Positions 61,769 through 64,000 of a stretch of DNA of 64,000 nucleotides are shown here, piece after piece. Source of the DNA: Camelus ferus (taxonomy: Eukaryota); NCBI RefSeq assembly GCF_009834535.1, contig NC_045697.1, forward strand, positions 53,818,001-53,882,000, in the 5' to 3' direction. The notes below the pieces were generated by a model. The model was not told where the DNA came from. It saw only the letters and a list, made by a program, of their open reading frames with translations, and did not search any database. The position numbers and the translations under genes were made by a program. Position 1 is the first letter of the stretch, and the number at the start of each line of letters is the position of its first letter.

Positions 61769-64000
61769 AGGGCCCCAGAGGCTGTGCAGGCTCCCATGCT
61801 TTCTACCTCAATGGCAGAGCCCTGGGTGATCTTGGATGTGGCAGGCGGTAAGGCTGAATTTTTAGCTGACACAGGAGCCACGCACTCTGCCTTAATTTCT
61901 CTGGTCCAATCTTTTAGTACTCAAGCCTCCTCACCAGTATAGACAACCAACCATAAACAAGCCACTTTATTGCGCCATTAGTCTGTACACTAGGAAAATT
62001 GTTTTTACACATGCTTTCCTTGTTCTTTCTCAATGTCCCACTCCCTTGTTAGGCAGAGATATTATGACTAAGCTCCAAGCAAAGGGCCACTTGCCAGAGC
62101 ATGTTTGCCCTCTACTGGCCTCACTCATTCCTCTACAGCAGGCTTCACAGGCTCTCCAGGCTCTCCCTCCTGCTGTTTATTTACAAGTGCTCCAGAAGGC
62201 TGGGACATAGCTACTCCATGGAGAGCTCTTTTTGCAAAACCTGTAAAAGTCCAATTAAAAGATCTTATTTCCTTTCCTAGAAAGCTTCAGGATCTTCTAA
62301 AATTAGAAGCCCATAGGGGCTTGCAATTTCTAACAACAAAATTCTTATCAGCTGGTCTATTAAGCCCCTGCAACTCTCCATGTAACACCCCCATTCTAGC
62401 GGTTAAAAAGCCAGATGGAGCATTTAGAATGGTTCAAGATCTTAGGGCTATAAATGAGGCTGTAATTCCTGTCCATCCCATTGTGCCAAACCCCTACACT
62501 CTTTGGGGACAAATTCCAGCTGAGACCTCCTGGTACACAGTGTTGGATCTTAAAGACATCTTTTTCTGTACCCTTGTTCACCTTGACTCTTAATTCCTGT
62601 GCCTTCAAATGCATAATCTGGAAACCCAAGATCCCCAACAACTAACCTGGATAGTTCTGCCCAAGGGACTTAAGGATAGCCCTCACTTGCTTGGATCTTT
62701 CCACTTTATAATTCTCTGCAGGCAGTGCCTTGTTTCAATACATAGATGACTTGCTGATACACAGCCCTGAGAAGGAATCCTCAAATTCTAACCTTATCAT
62801 GGTGTTACAAAAATTGGCCTCCAATGGATATAAAGTTTCTCCCTCTAAGGCCCAAATAACTGCACAGGAAGTATAATTCCTCAGACTCATATTAACCGCA
62901 GTAACCAAAAGTCTGCCAACTCAGAGGAGACAATCTTAGATATGGGAGTTATCCACAACCAAGCAACAGCTGTGTTCTTTCTTGGGCGTGCCAGGGTTTT
63001 GCGGAACTTAGATACCCCAATTTGACCTCATAACTAAATCCCTTTATGAGGCCTTACGAGGACCAGAAAATGAGCTCTCAGAATGTACCCCAGAAATGAA
63101 CCGGGCCTTGACAACTCTTAAAGAAGCTTTTTCAACGGCCTCAGCCCTGGCCCTGCCAAACTTACAAAAGGTTTTCTTCTTATTCATATGTGAAAAGCAA
63201 GGTGTCACCTTGGGGGTCCTTATCCAAGCCTTGGGACCCACTCAGCACCCAGTAGCCTATTTATCCAAAAATCTGGATCCTTCTCTCAAGGATGGCACCT
63301 TTGCCTCAGGGCATTGGCATCTACAGCTTTATAGGTAGAAGCAGCATCTAAATTAACCTTGGAACAGGGGATGACCATTTATACCCCCACCAAGTTTTAG
63401 ACATCCAAAACCCCCAAGCATTTCACTGTATTTCAGACAGCCAAATGACTAAATACCAAACTCTATTTTTAGAAACCCCCGAACGCAACATTAGACCCTG
63501 CTCCCCTACTTCCTAACCCCAACTCTAACTCCTTTTTGGAACATTCCTGTCTCTAAATGCTAGAAGTAACTTGCCCAGCCAAGCAGGACCTTCCAGATAC
63601 ACCCATTGACGATCCAGATGACACACGGTTTACTGACAGCAGTAGTTTTATTTTAAATGGAGTAAGGCTGTCAGGCTACGCAGCAGTAAGGCTCACAGAG
63701 GTTACAGAATCGGGGCCGCTTCCATGGGGCTCCACCTCAGCTCCAAAGGCAGAATTCAGAGCTTTACAACTTGGAGCTGATAGGAGACTAAATCTTTACA
63801 CAGACTCGTCCTATGCTTTTCATGTTGTTCATGCCCATGCTGCCATGTGGCGAGAACGAGGTCTCCTCACAGCACAAAATACTCCAATAAAACACACCCC
63901 AGAAATCGTGGCTTTACAAGAAGCCGTCGTGCTCCCCCGACGAGTGGCAATAATTCATTGTCAAGCACACCAAAAGGGACACGGCGAAATCCCCCAAGGA
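61769..64000 (+). pseudogene. pol: ERV pro-pol (decayed, truncated at window end)
   Basis: EFLADTGATHSAL (DTG 61868-61876); PCNTPILAVKKPDG, VQDLRAINEAV, YTVLDLKD, YIDD (62739-62750); RNase H FTDSSSF, LYTDSSYAF, IIHCQAHQKG. Confidence 0.9.

Larger units (their letters stand above)
58528..64000 (+). mobile_element. Decayed gamma-like endogenous retrovirus (5' LTR, PBS, gag, pro, pol), truncated by the window end
   Basis: LTR ending CA at 59132, PBS, Gag MA/CA/NC motifs, protease DTG, RT YIDD and RNase H motifs in the correct order; multiple stops and frameshifts. Confidence 0.93.

Noticed and set aside
60052..64000. Domesticated or coding-competent ERV gene
   Set aside because: The gag start is ATA, and gag and pol contain several in-frame stops and frameshifts; env lies outside the window and cannot be judged

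Overview
Mammalian genomic DNA, most likely from a camelid, judged from two Vic-1-like tRNA-derived SINEs. The window covers part of a UGT2B (UDP-glucuronosyltransferase 2B) cluster with two tandem + strand six-exon paralogues about 39.2 kb apart. Copy A (795-18138) has canonical GT-AG exons of standard UGT2B size, but an 11-bp deletion in exon 1 frameshifts it and gives a stop at codon 79, so it is a pseudogene or null allele. Copy B (40064-54111) is intact: exons of 721/149/132/88/220/280 bp encode 529 aa with H35, D151, the UGT signature and a C-terminal dilysine ER motif. Comparing the copies shows a mosaic of 200-600 bp near-identical tracts within more diverged sequence (gene-conversion-like) and a hypervariable substrate-binding segment. 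It also shows a tandem duplication of the HNF1 promoter site plus a FOXA motif only in B, a 1.06-kb upstream deletion in A, and an intron-5 inversion with flanking losses. The rest is transposon-derived: two near full-length decayed LINE-1s, many L1 fragments with recognisable TSDs, SINEs, MIR/L2/MLT1/Tigger1 relics, nested solo LTRs, and a decayed gamma-like ERV (LTR, PBS-Ile, gag, pro, pol) cut by the window end. I see no evidence of a wholly new biological system; the notable signals concern gene-cluster evolution and retroelement mechanics. Repeat subfamily names come from remembered consensus motifs and need confirmation by Dfam or RepeatMasker.
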